NCBI RefSeq assembly: GCF_000150275.1
Contig: NW_002060947.1
Location: 3,958,335 to 4,022,334, forward strand
Source of the DNA: Trichoplax adhaerens
Lineage: Eukaryota > Animalia > Placozoa
Length of the DNA stretch: 64,000 nt
Reading direction: 5' to 3'
How positions within the stretch are numbered: the stretch's first letter is position 1; each line of letters begins with the position of its first letter. The position numbers were made by a program, and so were the translations under genes. A model generated the notes under the pieces. It was not told the DNA's origin. It saw only the letters and a list, made by a program, of their open reading frames with translations, and did no database searches. Shown here piece after piece: positions 1-15,496 of this stretch.

Positions 1-3000
1 GGTAATTTAATCAAGCGTGGTCATAAAACCATGTCTCTATTGTCTAACTTTTAATCGTCAGGATATTAAAAGCAGGCTATAGAGAGATGGTCATGGTAGT
101 GGCTAACATGGCAAAAAGGGGTAAAATCGAGTGAAAATAGAGCTAAAGTAATTACGTACTCAATACATTCGCTTATTGATATCTATATTTAGGCTGATGA
201 TAATGTAACAAGACGATTCAAATTGAAAGAAAATAAAAGTTTGACCTTCTTGATTCAATATATTACACGTTATTGAATATCATATGTTGCATTATTAAGC
301 TGATCATGATGATCATTACTCATTTCCTCTCACTCTCTATGTCTCTTCTTACTCCATTAAAGTTAGAGAGAGCTTATACTATTGATTATATCCTATTTTT
401 TTTTTCTAGATGTCAGTAAATTACCCGTCAAGTGGTTTTGATACAAAAGACGGCAAAGTCATCACGGCTTTATCATCTTTTTAGTCAATGATTTATCATT
501 TTAGTTAGTTATCCAAAAAAAGGGGGTGAAGAAAGTGACTAATACAAATAGTCAATAAAGAGTAAAGAGTATCATAGGTAATAGAAAGGCAATATGGAAG
601 TAGAACTATTGCTTAACTGGAAGCGATATATCGTGAGGTATTAGTAGTAACCATCACTGTCCAGACAGTTGATCATGTTCAGCTTTTCGATTCATTCATA
701 CCGCAAGGGATAATGTTTAATTTTCCGTCCCCTTTTTCTGTCATACTAACTAGTTGGACGTCTGTCTCTATCTATCTTTCATCTTATAATAAAAAATTAG
801 CAGACGTAGATGATTACCTTTAATTATACTAAGGAAGCCAATTCTATCAAGATGTCATCTGTTATCTCCACTTGAGGTCGTAGTGGTAGCCATGGTAAGA
901 TCAAGTATGGTACAAGAGATGAGTTAATCAATTAAAATAAATTCATAGAATAGACTAAGGTCAATATCTACTGGACATTAAACTCTCTTCTACTTGATGT
1001 TAATACATAAGCAAATAGTCAACAATAGCTTTCAAAAGTAGATGGTATCAAATGTTATTATTACAACAAGACAATATCCAAGTCATTGTTTATTAACATT
1101 TGACATTAATTATCTTCTTGACGTTCAATTTTTTGTCTTTAAACTTTCATTAATCATTTTTCTTTACTAGTCATTCTTTCTTGATTTATGTTACGTATTT
1201 TTCCCCTTTTTCTGTCTCTCTGTCTCTCTATCCTTTGATTAATTGGACATTGCCTGTTGGCGTTATTTTTATTTTTCACTATTCTAATCGATCTAGATAC
1301 AGCCAGAGTAAGCCGAGATAACTGGTCAAAATAATTTCTTCAAGACAATGACAGTTTTATCTTCTATTGCTTACTGAAACTTAGTCTTACCGCTAATAAA
1401 TTGATCTGTGAGGTGAAATATTAAATTTGAATTGTTTTCTATCTTATAATGTAGATTAGAATGGATTCAAGCTTAAGTCATTTATAAAATATTGTTGGCT
1501 AAATAGCTATAGTAAGTATAGTGTAACAATAACAACAGCATCGAGGATAAAGAATAAATAATCAACTGTACATATGTGTCTATAATAAAATACAATTTAT
1601 CATTTTGCAGCTATTTAGACCGTGATTACCTTTCATATTTCAATTAAATTGAGTTATTTTTCACTTTCATCAAATAGTCTAAAGGTGATACCTATTCTAT
1701 CAACTATATAGAGATGATGATGTGCGCTAAAGCATAAGGATAATATAAATCAATAGAGATAAATAGTAAATAAAAATCAATTATCCATTCTATGACGCAC
1801 TATGACCATATTGTGGTATTGTTCTGTCAAGGGATGGTTAATTTAGAAATTTAACTTAGTTTAGCTTTTCCACTCTGAAAGTTGAATAACAGCAGGATAA
1901 TTTATTGATTATTTTTTACAGTACTTAATACTATAATGACGATTTGATATTGAGTTTGGCGATAATATCAATAAACAAAAAATTAAAATACCCCATCTAT
2001 TTTTTTATTATAAAATCAAACAGAGCCACAATTTTTTTGATCTAGATGAAATAAATAGGAAAAGATAGTTCAATCACTATATCAATACAATCTATTTGCC
2101 TAAAATCAAATTTGTGGCATTACATTAAAACAGTAGATTGGTAAAAAATCGAGGTTTCGAAAAAATAGACTAGTACCAAAACACTATACAAAACAAATAA
2201 ATTAAATTGTAATGTTCTTCTTTATCAATTTATAACGTTTCTTTTCAATTTTAACTTGATGCTTAATCTACTGACACATCTGGCCTTTATCACTTTTACT
2301 CTCTAAATTGGTTTTCATTAATAAACAATATAATTTGTTATAACTATCCGCCGTCTTGGTTTAATTATGCTAACAGAACCGAATTATAATTAACTTTGCT
2401 TCGTATCAATTCCCTGATATAGAATTTTCAGCTAATTGAAGCGATTGTAATGATTACACCCAACTATTTTCTCCTATAGTTTTTTATTCTCTATTATTGA
2501 CAGGCAGATTGCTAGATTTAGACACAATTACTTATTTATTCTCTAGCTGAGCATATTAATGGATATAGTATGCATGATACGTTATTGAACGATTTATTGA
2601 TGTGGGCTAAATGGTAACATAAATCATCTCCGTTTTATTAACCTTGCCTATTTCTAATATCTTCTATATACCAATATGTAAAATATATTTTTCTTGTTAT
2701 TATTCATTTTATCATGATAGTATTGGCGTCTTTTAGTTTGCGTATCTATCGTGCCGACCGTAGAGTTACTAATCAAGATATTGTCATTTGCATTTATTTC
2801 TCGATCATCTATACGTATCTTACCATCTCTTAAATTAACATTACATAGATTTAGTCATAATTCATTCGTCACTATTAGCCATAAAGGAAAAATATCTACA
2901 GTATCAGCTGTGATATGGATTAGTTAATTAGTCTATTTCAATAGTTTGTATATTCCAGTTTCCATATGTCTTTCAATCCTTACATTTAATTAATCAAGTA

Positions 3001-6000
3001 TGTTGTTATTTTTTATTGATTCTCAACAATAAGGGTGAAACGTTAATCGATCAATACAAGTTTAAGCAGAGTTGATTAAAAAAGAAAAATCTGGTTTGTT
3101 GACTACTAGCCTATTGTTAAACTCATTTTTTATTAAAAACAGAGATTTACCTACTTTCTACGAATACTCTTATTTATATGTAACTCACTTTTCTACCTAA
3201 AATTGTTATCATCAATTGCGTAGTAATAATCTCTATTTATCTTAGTACCTTACATAAGTCTTATAGGAAAAATTAATCGCTGCCTAGTCAGGATAGAAGA
3301 TTCAAGATTTATGGATTCATAATGTAATAATAAATAATAAAATATATTCAATGGGCAAATTGCTTGCGCATACAATCTTTCAGGGGTCAATCTACGACGA
3401 ATTTTAATTGACACCAATCCAAATACAAATGAATCGCTTCTTTTTCTTTATTCATAAGTATTTTTTATGATGTATAATCCTTAGACTAATAAGCTATTTG
3501 TATAATTATACTCGATATACATTTCAAAAATTGGTCATTATTATGCTGTCATAACGTAACGACAAGAAATTGATGGTTGATATTACCCGTTAGAATTAAT
3601 TACATATTTATCCGTTGCTCCCTATATGTTTAATGCCGTTATTTACCTGAAAATTTTAGCTTAAGTTCGGCGGAAGCATTCTTTAATGTAGGTAATATAA
3701 CTTAAGACTAAGATATTACTCACGGATTGTTGTATGAGAATGTCTTATTACTTAAATGATGATAAATATTAATCTTTCAAATGCATTAAGGATGCTGAGT
3801 TTTAAACTATATATGTGTATTTTATAAAACAAATGTTAAGAAATTTGTAAATCTTTGAAATTTTCGATGTAATAACTTTTACCGAAGTCTGAACATTAAT
3901 TGGCCATTCATGTACAGTATGCACTATTATGGCTTATTCTGGTGTTGGCGCATAGCATAGACAAAAGAAAATGTTAAAAAATTTTTAATGTAGTAATATA
4001 GCAAACCAAAGAGCTAGCTATATAGCTCTGTAGCTCTATCTTTGTGTTAATATTTATGTTTGAAAAACTTCATTGAGATTTTTCTAGCTCGAGAATAATA
4101 ACATTGTAAGACTAAAAAATTAGCTCTAGCTTTCTAAGATAACTGTATTATACTGTATTTTGCTTCTTTAATACAGTTAAGAAAAAATAGGCGTTTTATT
4201 AATAAAGTTTTATTCTTTACATTTATAAATTACCGACTACGGAATTAATCACATTGCATGGTTTAGTGTCGTTTTGGTATCTACTTCATGCTACTAAACA
4301 AGAACCTTACATAATTCCCTGTTTTGGCAGTATACCATTGTATCTAAGACGGTAGAGCCACAATCGCATTGTGGTCGATGTGGTAGACATCATGTTGGAT
4401 ATTGTGAACTAGTTTGTCTTATAATTCAATGGGATAAACTATGAATAAATCTTTACAAATTAGACGTACCTATCTGGATATATATCATCCAGGTAGTACT
4501 AAAATAGATGAATAGGAGGCAGTTGCACCTATAAAGACACTCGTATTAGTTTGCAAGCTGATAATAGGCCTATAAAGTGATCATACAGTACTTTATTCAC
4601 CACATAGGAATTAAGGCTAAGTTTCTGTTTCTGTTAATTGGTTATATTACTGTGCGGATCTTGTTATAGATAAACTATGATCTATTTATAAATTTAGGAA
4701 AAATGAATGCTATCGTCATATGAAATCTTGCATGGAACTCTAAAGCTGCGTATGGTATTAACTTTGCGTAAACTTTATTTCATGCCATGGCATTTGCAAA
4801 TCTCAATATCATTAAGCTCTATGATATACTATATTAGATAAAATTATTTACTCATGAATCTTTAATTGATAGATGAACTTATTAAAGTTATCATCGAAAT
4901 CTATCTACTGCCTATAAGTCAGTTGTTGAGCTAACTTTGCCAAAGTATAGCGGTAAGTTTCATTATAACAAATTATACTCTATGATTTAACCTACTAAAA
5001 CTGTATGCTTAATCAGATGAACTTAATAGACAAGTCATGAATAATTATAAAGTAATACTGGTACCCGGTATTAGAAGATGAGTAAAGCATAAGATCAGTT
5101 ATTTTGTACCAATTGTAATACAGTGCAATTGCATATTAAGTGTACTGTAATTAACTCTTATCGATCATCCTAATTATTCAGATAAAAACTGGAGATGGAG
5201 GATTTTCATGGAGAGATCAAGGTGGTAGATAATAAGAAATTCAGTTAGAGTTTCATCTATTAATTCTGTACCTTGGTAGCCAGAATCGGTATGTGATGAC
5301 AATTCTACTCCCGGTAATATTAATGATAAGCTATATACATCGATCTATTTTATTACGTATTTACGCTTTAGTAATAGTAAATCAACTCTGAGTTCCATGA
5401 AATTATGTCTTATTGCAACTTGTCGGCCTCTAATAAATATCAGAATAGGTACTTATCAGATTTTATAGTACGATATTTGTATATTCATCTGACAGCCATT
5501 AACAGATATAACTCACATCCATTTAATTTATTTAAAGGAGAAGGATAAATTCTTTCTTCCTAATTTATAGATGCAAATGATGAAATATTGGGATGTATCA
5601 ACTTCACTAATGCTGTACGTGAAATCTTTATAGCTATAGGTAATTTTGTCAGATGATATATAGCAGACTTTAAGTAGATAGCACACTATAATTATACTAT
5701 TTTGATGATACACGTCGGTGCGACAGATACGATATACTCGTATATTCATCTAGTCAGTCAAAGGAAAAGAATGAATATCCATTAAGCAGTTCTTATAACT
5801 CTATATTTCTAAATATGACATTAATGATAAAATATTATGGAAAAAATTGACTACTACAGAGATATAACGCCTAATACAGATATAATGGCAAATGTTAGAT
5901 GATATTAAGTTAATATGACAGGCTAATTATATAGCACCGTATTGCATCAATTGTAGTCGACAGGCAGATGTAACGATGATAGTTTGTGGTAATCCAATGA

Positions 6001-9000
6001 TTACAATAGCTACTGTCAAATAGGAGGACCATTTCAAAGTTTTATTGAACTTAAAAAAGCTTTATTACTACTAAATAGGGCTACTGAACTTAAATATCAC
6101 AATTTATTAGATATCGATTTCCTATCATTGTATTAAATCAATTACAAACATTATACCGAAGACTTTAAAGAAAATTATCCACCTACATTTTTCATTTTCA
6201 TAGCTAGATAAATGGTGGATTGCAATTTATATCATCTGGCCTAAGTTTTCATCGCAGTCTATATTGCTACTACTATTCCATTGTTCTTCATTATGCTCAA
6301 GGTAGAATAAATAATTTGTGTCAAATTCCAGCCAACAATGATATCTTCGTAAGTATATTGGCAATTCTGGTAGTGGATGGTTTCCACCTTCTTCCGCTGA
6401 AGTAAAAAAATCATCGTTTCTTTTGTATGAGTGAAAAATGGATAAAATTGACTGTAAAATGATAAAGAAATAATGTCTATCAGTGTATGAAAAAATTATT
6501 TATGATTTGTAGATAACATCTAAAGCCTAGAGTAATTAAATTAGATCAAGTCTAGTTCTGATTATTAATTGCTGCTTCATTAATCATTCAAGAATCATTG
6601 CTCCCAATTGATTTTCAACCTGGATGTCTGTATTGTTTAGGACAAAAAAGAAAAAATCAAATCAACTTTAATTAATCTACTTCGACTTCCATCCTGATTT
6701 AAAAATTATCTCTTATTGTCTGAAAGAAATTTTTGTTTCATGACTACTGGCTTACTGATAACGTGATTAGGTTATGATAAGCTAATAAAAGCAATTATTA
6801 CATAAAAAAGGAATTGACGAAATAATCAGTATGTGAGAAAAATTGAAGACAAAGCAACCTTGATCGTCATTTCCAATATAAATAAACAAAGAATGATACA
6901 AGTCATTTTCGTCTACATAAAAATTTACGCTAATAAATGATTCGATGTAGACTAGTGGCCAAATTGGGCAACCAAAAAAATAGTTAACAGTTAAAATTTA
7001 TTTGTTCTCTTTGCCACATGTTCCGCTAAAAATAACTTTATGATTAGTAAAATAAGTTTATTTAATACTACTAGATGTAGGAAAGCATCTTCTAATATTG
7101 GTTTAATTTATCATTCGTTTAATTAGATGTCATTATATTGACTTAGAATCGATTTATGACGTTAGAATAGGATTTATATAACTACCATTATGTACAAATA
7201 TCGAGGTAAGATGTCGAGATGAATTCTAGGAAGGAAGGAAGGATATTACCCAATTGATGCTAACGTGATCCTCTCTTTCTTTCTATTTTCGATATATAAA
7301 GAGAAATAGATTGTAATAAATTAGTTTTCAAGGAAGAAAGAGAAACCCAATCACTATTATCACTTAAATACTCCTTTCCTTTCTTTCTTTTCTTAGATAT
7401 CAATATAGAAATATCGAGATAGCATCGACATCTATTTAAAGAAAATGAATAACTACCGTTACGTCCTCAGCATATATGCTTAGGAAATGCTTTCTCATTT
7501 TATAAATGAAGGACAGAATTAATATTTGGAGAGAAATGCGGTGGAAAATATATAATCGTTTTTTCTTCAAGTATATCGACATATTCACTTTGTTAAGGAA
7601 TAATAATTGAAAAGCTTTCCTTTAACTCACACCTTAAGTAAAACTCATACCACCATATCACTTGCTGCTAAAATTGAGGATTTCTGAAGACAATGGTAGC
7701 TAATTATGCAGTTCTAATAGCAAATAAATTTATCATAAGTCAATCAATGAATAATACCATAGTATGAGAGATAAAATAGGGAATTCTATACCAATTGGTC
7801 GTTTGCCTATAAAAATCATAAATTTTCACTTTAACCAGAAATAAATAAGTTTACATTGTTTTGACTTATTTTATCATCTATTCAATTAGTGATGCTTTTA
7901 TTGTCATTCAAAGAAGCAATACAGTTAGATATAAAAATTCTTCTAATTTAATTTTATTTATTCGTCCATAGTTACCAATATTTTTCTTATGTTGTGATAA
8001 TTCCATTTCTTAACATATCGATACATTTGTGATGATACTTATCAACTCTAAACTGAAAATGAGAAAATATGCAGCACAATCAGTTGATCAGTTAAGGAGA
8101 TCAATCCAATATTAGAAAAATAGAATTATAACCATAAATAAATCACTTAAACTGTACCATTACTCGAATTATGTAAGAAATTGCCCCTTTGATATATGCG
8201 TATTTTCAATTTTGGTAAATGTACACATTTACAAAATATTTTAAGAAATAAACAATTGTAAAATTGACTAATGCTTTACTAGGAGTGACCAGTTTAGTTA
8301 TATTTGTTTGTAGATCCAAAATATAATGCCGCTACTGTATGATTGTGTGTATAATCACTAGGTTAAACTAATAATAATAAATGTATTTTCTTCTTGGCAA
8401 ATCCTTTATTAATTTTATTTCTATTGATCTCATTTTATCCGCAAACACTGACTCAATAATAGTAAAAGTATTTTAAATATAGAGCTGTTGGTATTAGACT
8501 TATTTTTGTGAGATCGGAAAGGGTAAGAAAAATGCATGGTAAGTAGGACAAGAAAAGCCATGTTTTATTCATATTGTTAATCGATTTGCAATTTTGAATC
8601 AAATGAAAACGTCGATCGCCAAGAAATACCTGTATTCGATCAAGTGCGCTATTGATTTTTATTTTTGAGTGTGCTTTTATTAAAATATTTATATTGGTAG
8701 TAAATGCGTAATTTTAGCCGAAAGTTCACTTCGGCAAGAGTGATTTCAAATTTAAGATACAAGTACTTATAATGTGCTTCTTAATATTTCTCTACATAAT
8801 ATAATAGTGCCTTTTTTAGCAGCTTATTCGAGTGTAGTTGATTCTAATCGAAGGAAATCGATTTATCGGTATTCAAGGATAGATAAGGAAAGGTATAACT
8901 TGATTCGAAATCTGTTATAAATTAGTAGCACAGAGATTATGTCCGTCGTGATAGAATCTATTTGCTACTTTTAGTAATAATTTTGAATTTTCACTACGTG

Positions 9001-10761
9001 ACGAAAATCAATCAGCATATTTGAATATGTTCATTTGATCAATTAAATTTGTCAGCGTATTTATTATTAATTACATATTTAACAAAATAACAATAAAATA
9101 TATTTAAGTAAGTCACAGACGTTAAGAAAATGTTACAACTGTTATCAATATTGTAATGAACTTATTTCTTGAGAAGAGTGCTCTTTGAAATCAGGTACAG
9201 AAACAGTTTAAATGAAGTTATTATGTATTAATCAAGATGATGTGATGGATAGCTCAAATAAAAAATTATTAATTATGGTAATAAAATTACGGCATCATGA
9301 TATTAGCCTATAAGTAAGCAGCTGTGCAAATTAGAGGTTAATAGGGTAGTAAATTGCAATGAAATAATGATGGCAGGCTTGTATACTTGCTACATTGTTG
9401 TTGGTCTTTCAATGGTGTATTGTTGGTTAAAAAGGAATGACATGTGGCTTATAGCAGCAGAAAGAATAGACCAATTTAACAGCAGTTGCTAATAAAAGGG
9501 TTAATTTTTATGCTAAGTCATTAGAGAAAAGTAATTAAATAATCGGTGATCTTTCCTTGTTCTTATTTTATTGATTCAAACATCGACACTTGGGTTTGCT
9601 CCTGTAGAATTCATTTTTCATCCTTTTTTTGTAGTGTCATATTATTACTCATTTCATTTTCTCCCTCTAGCGACGACAGTAGTACTTTCATCATGACAGG
9701 TGGATAGACATATCACTAAATTGAAAAGAAAAATTAAATTATAGTATATATTCCATATTATTAATTGATCATCGAGCCCCTTTTTATACGACTTTGGACT
9801 ATTGGGACGCTATTAAATTTAAAGTGGAGTTGAAAAATGAAATTATATTTTTTGTTATTGATTGGAGAAGATTTGGATAAAATGGCGTTGTGTTTCTGAA
9901 AATAATATTCGGGTTTATCGCTTACTAAAGCTGTAATAACTATTCTAATCATAGTATAGTGCTGCCTATTTCGGGTAGGCATGAGTAAACAATGTTTATA
10001 AAATAATAATGATGTGCCTTAGGTATGATCCTATTAAGTTAATATTTCTTGTTATCTTGATCTTCTAAAGTTTATATATATAATGGTAAATAAATAAAAT
10101 AAATTACACGAAAGTATGGTCTTGTAGCCGTATGAACTATTCTAAATGGTCGTTTGTTAATTCCTTTATCAATCTGTTATTATCATTAATTTTTTTCTCA
10201 GTTTAATGGACTTGACCCTATATGCTATTTTAAGAAAGCGGATATTTTATACCTTACAGATATAGTCCTTGCTATATTATCGATTATATTATGTATATAG
10301 TAAAGTTTTTAAAAACTTTTAACAACTAAAAGAATTCTTTAAGGTTAAATATAAAAAATTAGAGTAAAAATGGGTTGGATGCGTGAGTAACTTATGGATT
10401 TGTGGAATATCATTCCACCTTTTAAATTGATTATTTTCTTTCTTAATCTATCGTATCAGTCGAATATGATCGATGTTATGATGATAGTTTTAATATTTAT
10501 TTTGATTGCTTGATTGATTGATCGGGTAATTAATTTTAAAGCTAAGTAATTCTACTGTAAAGAAGAACTCAAATATTCTATCTCGTTACTACGGTATACC
10601 AGTGACTATTCCATCTTAACTCGTAGGTATACTACACCATTTCGTAGAGTTAATTTAGTAAATGACAGAATCATTAACGGTATTGTCTAATTATAGGAAA
10701 AGCTGTTCGATTAAACAGCTATAGAATTAAGGAAATTATCATTGACTTTCAACTATCTAAC

Positions 10762-10793
10762 AATGATCAATGCCACGGGTGGCATTGATCATT
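10762..10793. repeat. Perfect 15-bp inverted repeat (AATGATCAATGCCAC-gg-GTGGCATTGATCATT)
   Basis: The arms are exact reverse complements separated by 2 nt. Confidence 0.9.
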
Positions 10794-13700
10794 ATGTATG
10801 CAAGGTTTTTTATTATTCTCTTAAGTCAATTTTCAAAGACTGAATTGAATTATTTCATAGCGGGTATATTGGATAGCCACAGCTGCTTTTTAGACGGGTT
10901 ATTTTAATTAGAAGTTTTGAAATATCGACTTTATTTGTCAGTTGGTGATCTATAATTTCAATCTACGTATGATCATGTTTTTAATGCGGGAGCACAGTAT
11001 ATTTTTATAAATCCTTTGTTATTTTTTTTCTCCTTAGTAGCAGGTATTTTTATAAAGTAGCTTTATAACTTTTAAAAACTTAAATATACGATTAGAGTGT
11101 AGCGTGTACGTAACCTTCATAAATAATCAATCGTGATTACTATTGGATAGGTACCGTAACGTGTGGTATGAGTACATTTAAACTTTGGCCGTTCCAAATT
11201 TTTAGCGTTTGTCACAAGGACAAGCGCTTATTTGATAGTTGATATCGTCTGAGAAAGATCGATTACAGTGTAATTTCTGTATAAAATACCTTTCAAATAG
11301 ATTAAATGATGTCGTAAATATTCGTTTTCTCATACACCAAATCGTTGTATGATTTATAGGGACATCCGGTTGTTCATTTTTACTTCTATAGTCGTTTATT
11401 TACAATGTAGAACGGTAGATAGTGACTGATTAACCGATTTAATATTCATTATTTTAGAAAGGTATCTTTATAAATATATTGATAGGTCCTTTTAACAAAT
11501 AAGCAGATAAAGATAGCAAACTTAATAATATAAGGAACTTATTAAGTGAGACACTGTCCTCTGTATTCTCCGTAAATTTTAAACTGTAATGTACTATGAC
11601 ATTGTTATATCTTGGTTAAAATCCTAGCTTGATGCAGTATGTTAATAAACTACTTCAAAGTTGAAATTTAGATATTAAGTGAGAATTTTGTGGAAATTAA
11701 AAGATAAAATGAAGGTATCTGAAAATTTTGAACATCGATCTTCCGTATCACTGAAATTTCTACGGCACACAAGACATTGAGCAAAACCAGTTTACCATGG
11801 ATTCTAGTAGTGCTATTTGGGACAGTTATAAATATTAATAATTGATCATTTTTTTGGACGAAAAGATACAAACACTACTATACAGTACGTGTATTTATAG
11901 GAGTAATTTGCTTGCGCACAGTCTGATCTTAAGAATGAGTTTTGTGCTCGTAAATTTACCTCAACGTTACTACTACAGATTTGTCGAATTAGTATACAAT
12001 AATTGTAATTAAGTGACTCGTGAGGTCTTAAAGCAATTTCTAAAGCGGCACTTCTCGCGCTGTGTTAATTTTTTGGTTTTAATATTGAGCTTTACCGTTA
12101 AATTTAGTGAATGGATAATATCTCAAGTTCGAATTACTGAAACTGATTTTCAAACCCTAGTATAGGTGTAATGTAACGTTGTCAAGACCCGCTATACCTT
12201 AATATAGCAGCAATAGCAATGGATTAGGATGTTTATCGGCTCAGTGGCACCAAGTGTGTAGGACAAACTAGTCTTTAATATCTAATTGCATATAAATCAA
12301 AAAGAATGTCTACATCAGTTGACTATCTTTCTTACTACACTGCATGACATTATTGCTAATTCTAATTAATTTTGTTAATAAGTCAGTGAACGTACTAAAC
12401 GAAATTGTACCTAATAAGTTTCAGGGAGGCGAAGTACAGTAGCTAAATGCTTGTACGTAAGCCATTAATTACGATAATACTAGAGCCAAAATCCAGCTAC
12501 TAAGGTCTGATGGAAACATTCAAAGCGGGAATCTGGAACTGAGCTTTATAACAGTAGTTCATTGCTGCTACCAATAAGTACGGTATAAAATCTTATAACA
12601 AAAATACGTATAGAGATATTATGATATTCTTCAATCTTGAACTACTTATCAAGATCAGTGCATTGTGACAATTATGATTTTTTTAATAACTTAAAAATGA
12701 TACAGCGCAAAATTCACAGCCATTCCTAAAACATATACGGAATCATTGGTATACTCTGCTCATAAACATTACAGTACTTGAGACTGACTGAGCCTGAATA
12801 ACAAACTATCCGTAACAATCAATATAACAAATTTGTTTATACTTTAGGTTAAGCTTAACACCATGAGGGTTACAAAACTGACGAATTTATTCACTCATTA
12901 AAGTAAAAATATTGCACTGTAATCTCGACTTTCACTAGTTGTAAACAATGATGAATAGGTGCTAATATATTAACTTTAATGTGATATTTACTTCTACTTT
13001 ACCATTTTAGTTCAACGTTGCGCGCTGATGCAACAAGTGCAAAATTGTGTCAGTAAAAAGCTCGGTGATAAATATAAGACTAGGATTTGCTAAATGGCAC
13101 TTTAGTGGATGGATATTCCTTGAGGTTCGTAATTGAGCAACTCAAAATTTTAGCTCATAACTTTAAGCGCTTGGTTGATGCGTAGCATTTTATCATGGCA
13201 AATACAATCTACTTTAATTGGCTATTCTATGTCACTGCATTTTACTTCATTCTGACACCATACTTTCAAAATACTCATCTGCAGTAATTAGCTGTAATCA
13301 TTACGGCTACTTTTGGTATATTATACTGTAGAATGGAAGCAATGTTACTAGCAACTTTTTAATTAGCTTACTTGTAGCTCGATCAATCACTTGATTAAAA
13401 ATATTTTGCAATATAGTGTCTTATGCTCAGTGCGTTAAAGGTATCTGCTATGCTATAGTAATTCCTAAGTTACAGTTAATCAGTTTTATAATCAAGAACT
13501 CTTATTCAATCCTGTGACAGCTTCTAACTTTATGTTGCAGATAACTATGGCGATCATACGTACCTCCGTAATCTACGCGGCGTATATGTAATTAGTTAAT
13601 TATAATTATGGGAACGGGTTAGTAAATTGATTGTAGATTTTATAGTATATTTCAATGATGTTTGTACCTACATAGGCACTATTAATTATTCAATGTTTGC

Positions 13701-13985
13701 TCCTATTTGAGTTAAGTAAAGACAGAAACAACAACAATTTATATTAAATTCTCGAACTATAGCAATTTATCAAAATGCTATTTTGACAAGGCCGTGTAGC
13801 TTACCGTGCATCATATCTAATTAAAAGACTAACCAACACCAGCACTAGTCCATGTTCCTTCTATATATAGTCGCGGGCAATGTAAAAAACTCTAATATTG
13901 TATTGAGCCACCACTCCACATCCCGCCGAACATACATGGCCCGTGTCATATATATTTTACGCGTATGCTATACTGTACAACTCTG

Positions 13986-14053
13986 AGCTTCTAGATACCT
14001 GAGGTATGGACTACTAGATACGTGTATATCCATACCTTAGGTATCTGGAAGTT
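13986..14053 (+). other. 68-nt inverted repeat/hairpin (25-bp stem with 3 G-U pairs on the + strand, 18-nt loop)
   Basis: 13986-14010 AGCTTCTAGATACCTGAGGTATGGA pairs with 14029-14053 TCCATACCTTAGGTATCTGGAAGTT. The function is unknown. Confidence 0.75.
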
Positions 14054-14832
14054 GACGATTAATTACAAAATTGTTATACGGTGCCATCGGATTTCGAATT
14101 GGACAGGAGGGAATTTTTCGGATTTTAGAGCGAAGAAGAAGGAAGTTGCAAAACTTTTGCTATACGATCAGTGCATACTGTACTGCAGTAAAATATACGA
14201 AGTACTAGCTCCGTGAGAAGTCTCAATAGTATCCACCTTAGGCCCAGAGGCCTGGTCTGAGGTCGCCATCGTATATTACTTGTATATTCCTATATATATA
14301 TACTAGCCTACAACCTGCTGACTTGTAAGCGAGCGATAGAGTTCTTACACGTAAAATAGTGCGCAACTAAGTATATATTGTATTCAATTATAATAGTGTC
14401 AGAGGATCTGATAGCTTCAATGATACAAACTTTGATCGTATGCTGTAAAATATATAGGGTGCGTGATGTAACAGAACTAATCTCGCGAACGTGTTACTGC
14501 GCTGCGTACCAAACATGCAGTAAGAGCTCTTTCAAGACGTTACATTTTTAATGTACGGATAATTTTATATTCTTTATTTTGTTTAGATTTATTACCGCGA
14601 TGATTATTATTTATTTCAATCTTATACGTTTCAGTATTTTGTGTTAGCATTAGGAACATGTTAATGAATAATACAGTACAGTAGTATAAATTTGTTATTT
14701 ATATACCTTATTTGTTTTTGTTTGCAATTACTATCATGATAATTTTAGTTCCAAATTTTATAGATTTTATCCGCTAGCCCTAAGTAACATGATTGTATTG
14801 AATATAGTAAGTAATACTGCAAATTTAAGGCG

Positions 14833-15008
14833 TGAAACCTTCCTTGTACATACACAACGTCATTGATACAGCTTTGCAATGGCACGATACCTCCTTCTAT
14901 TGAGACTTTATTTATAATGGCCTGAAAACTTCCTTGTACTGTGCACAACGTTATTGATACAGCTTTGCAATGGCATGATATCTTATATTGAGACATTATT
15001 TATAATAA
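14833..15008. repeat. Tandem duplication, about 90-bp unit, 2 copies
   Basis: The unit TGAAA.CTTCCTTGTAC...CACAACGT.ATTGATACAGCTTTGCAATGGCA.GATA...ATTGAGAC.TTATTTATAAT occurs at about 14833 and about 14923. Confidence 0.9.
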
Positions 15009-15496
15009 TTATAATCCTAAGTTACTACAGTATAACTTACTGCAGTCGCTAGCTACACTACCAAATGCACGAGAGAGTTTTAGTTGTACAATAATAATAA
15101 TAATAATACGAATGAAGACTGTGCTAAGCTTCTGGGTGGGATCTCCATGACAACGTACAGTATGCTACTGTCATAGACTACAGTACATTACTAAATTCAC
15201 CGTTGAATTTAGTACTGTGTACTTTACTGTACAGTGTACAGTACTGTTTGGCTATCATTGTACCGTAGCAATGAATCCTCTATACGGTACATGGCAGCGG
15301 AGAATTTGCTCTTAGAAATTGCTGACAGCACGGCACACAACCGGGTACCTTGACTCCCAATTGACCGTCTAGGAAGATGGTCGCTGGTCATTTTCTCGCC
15401 TTGCGATATTGAAACCAATTTATAAATATCATTGATGCCTAAAAAGTAGCCAAGATTTCTCAACTTTTTAGAGTATAATATGATAGTACAGCATCC

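Noticed and set aside
14070-14269. Minus-strand gene start ATGGCGACC (MATSDQASGPK|GT) with a possible second exon
   Set aside because: No recognisable homology, and no consistent downstream exon chain could be built.
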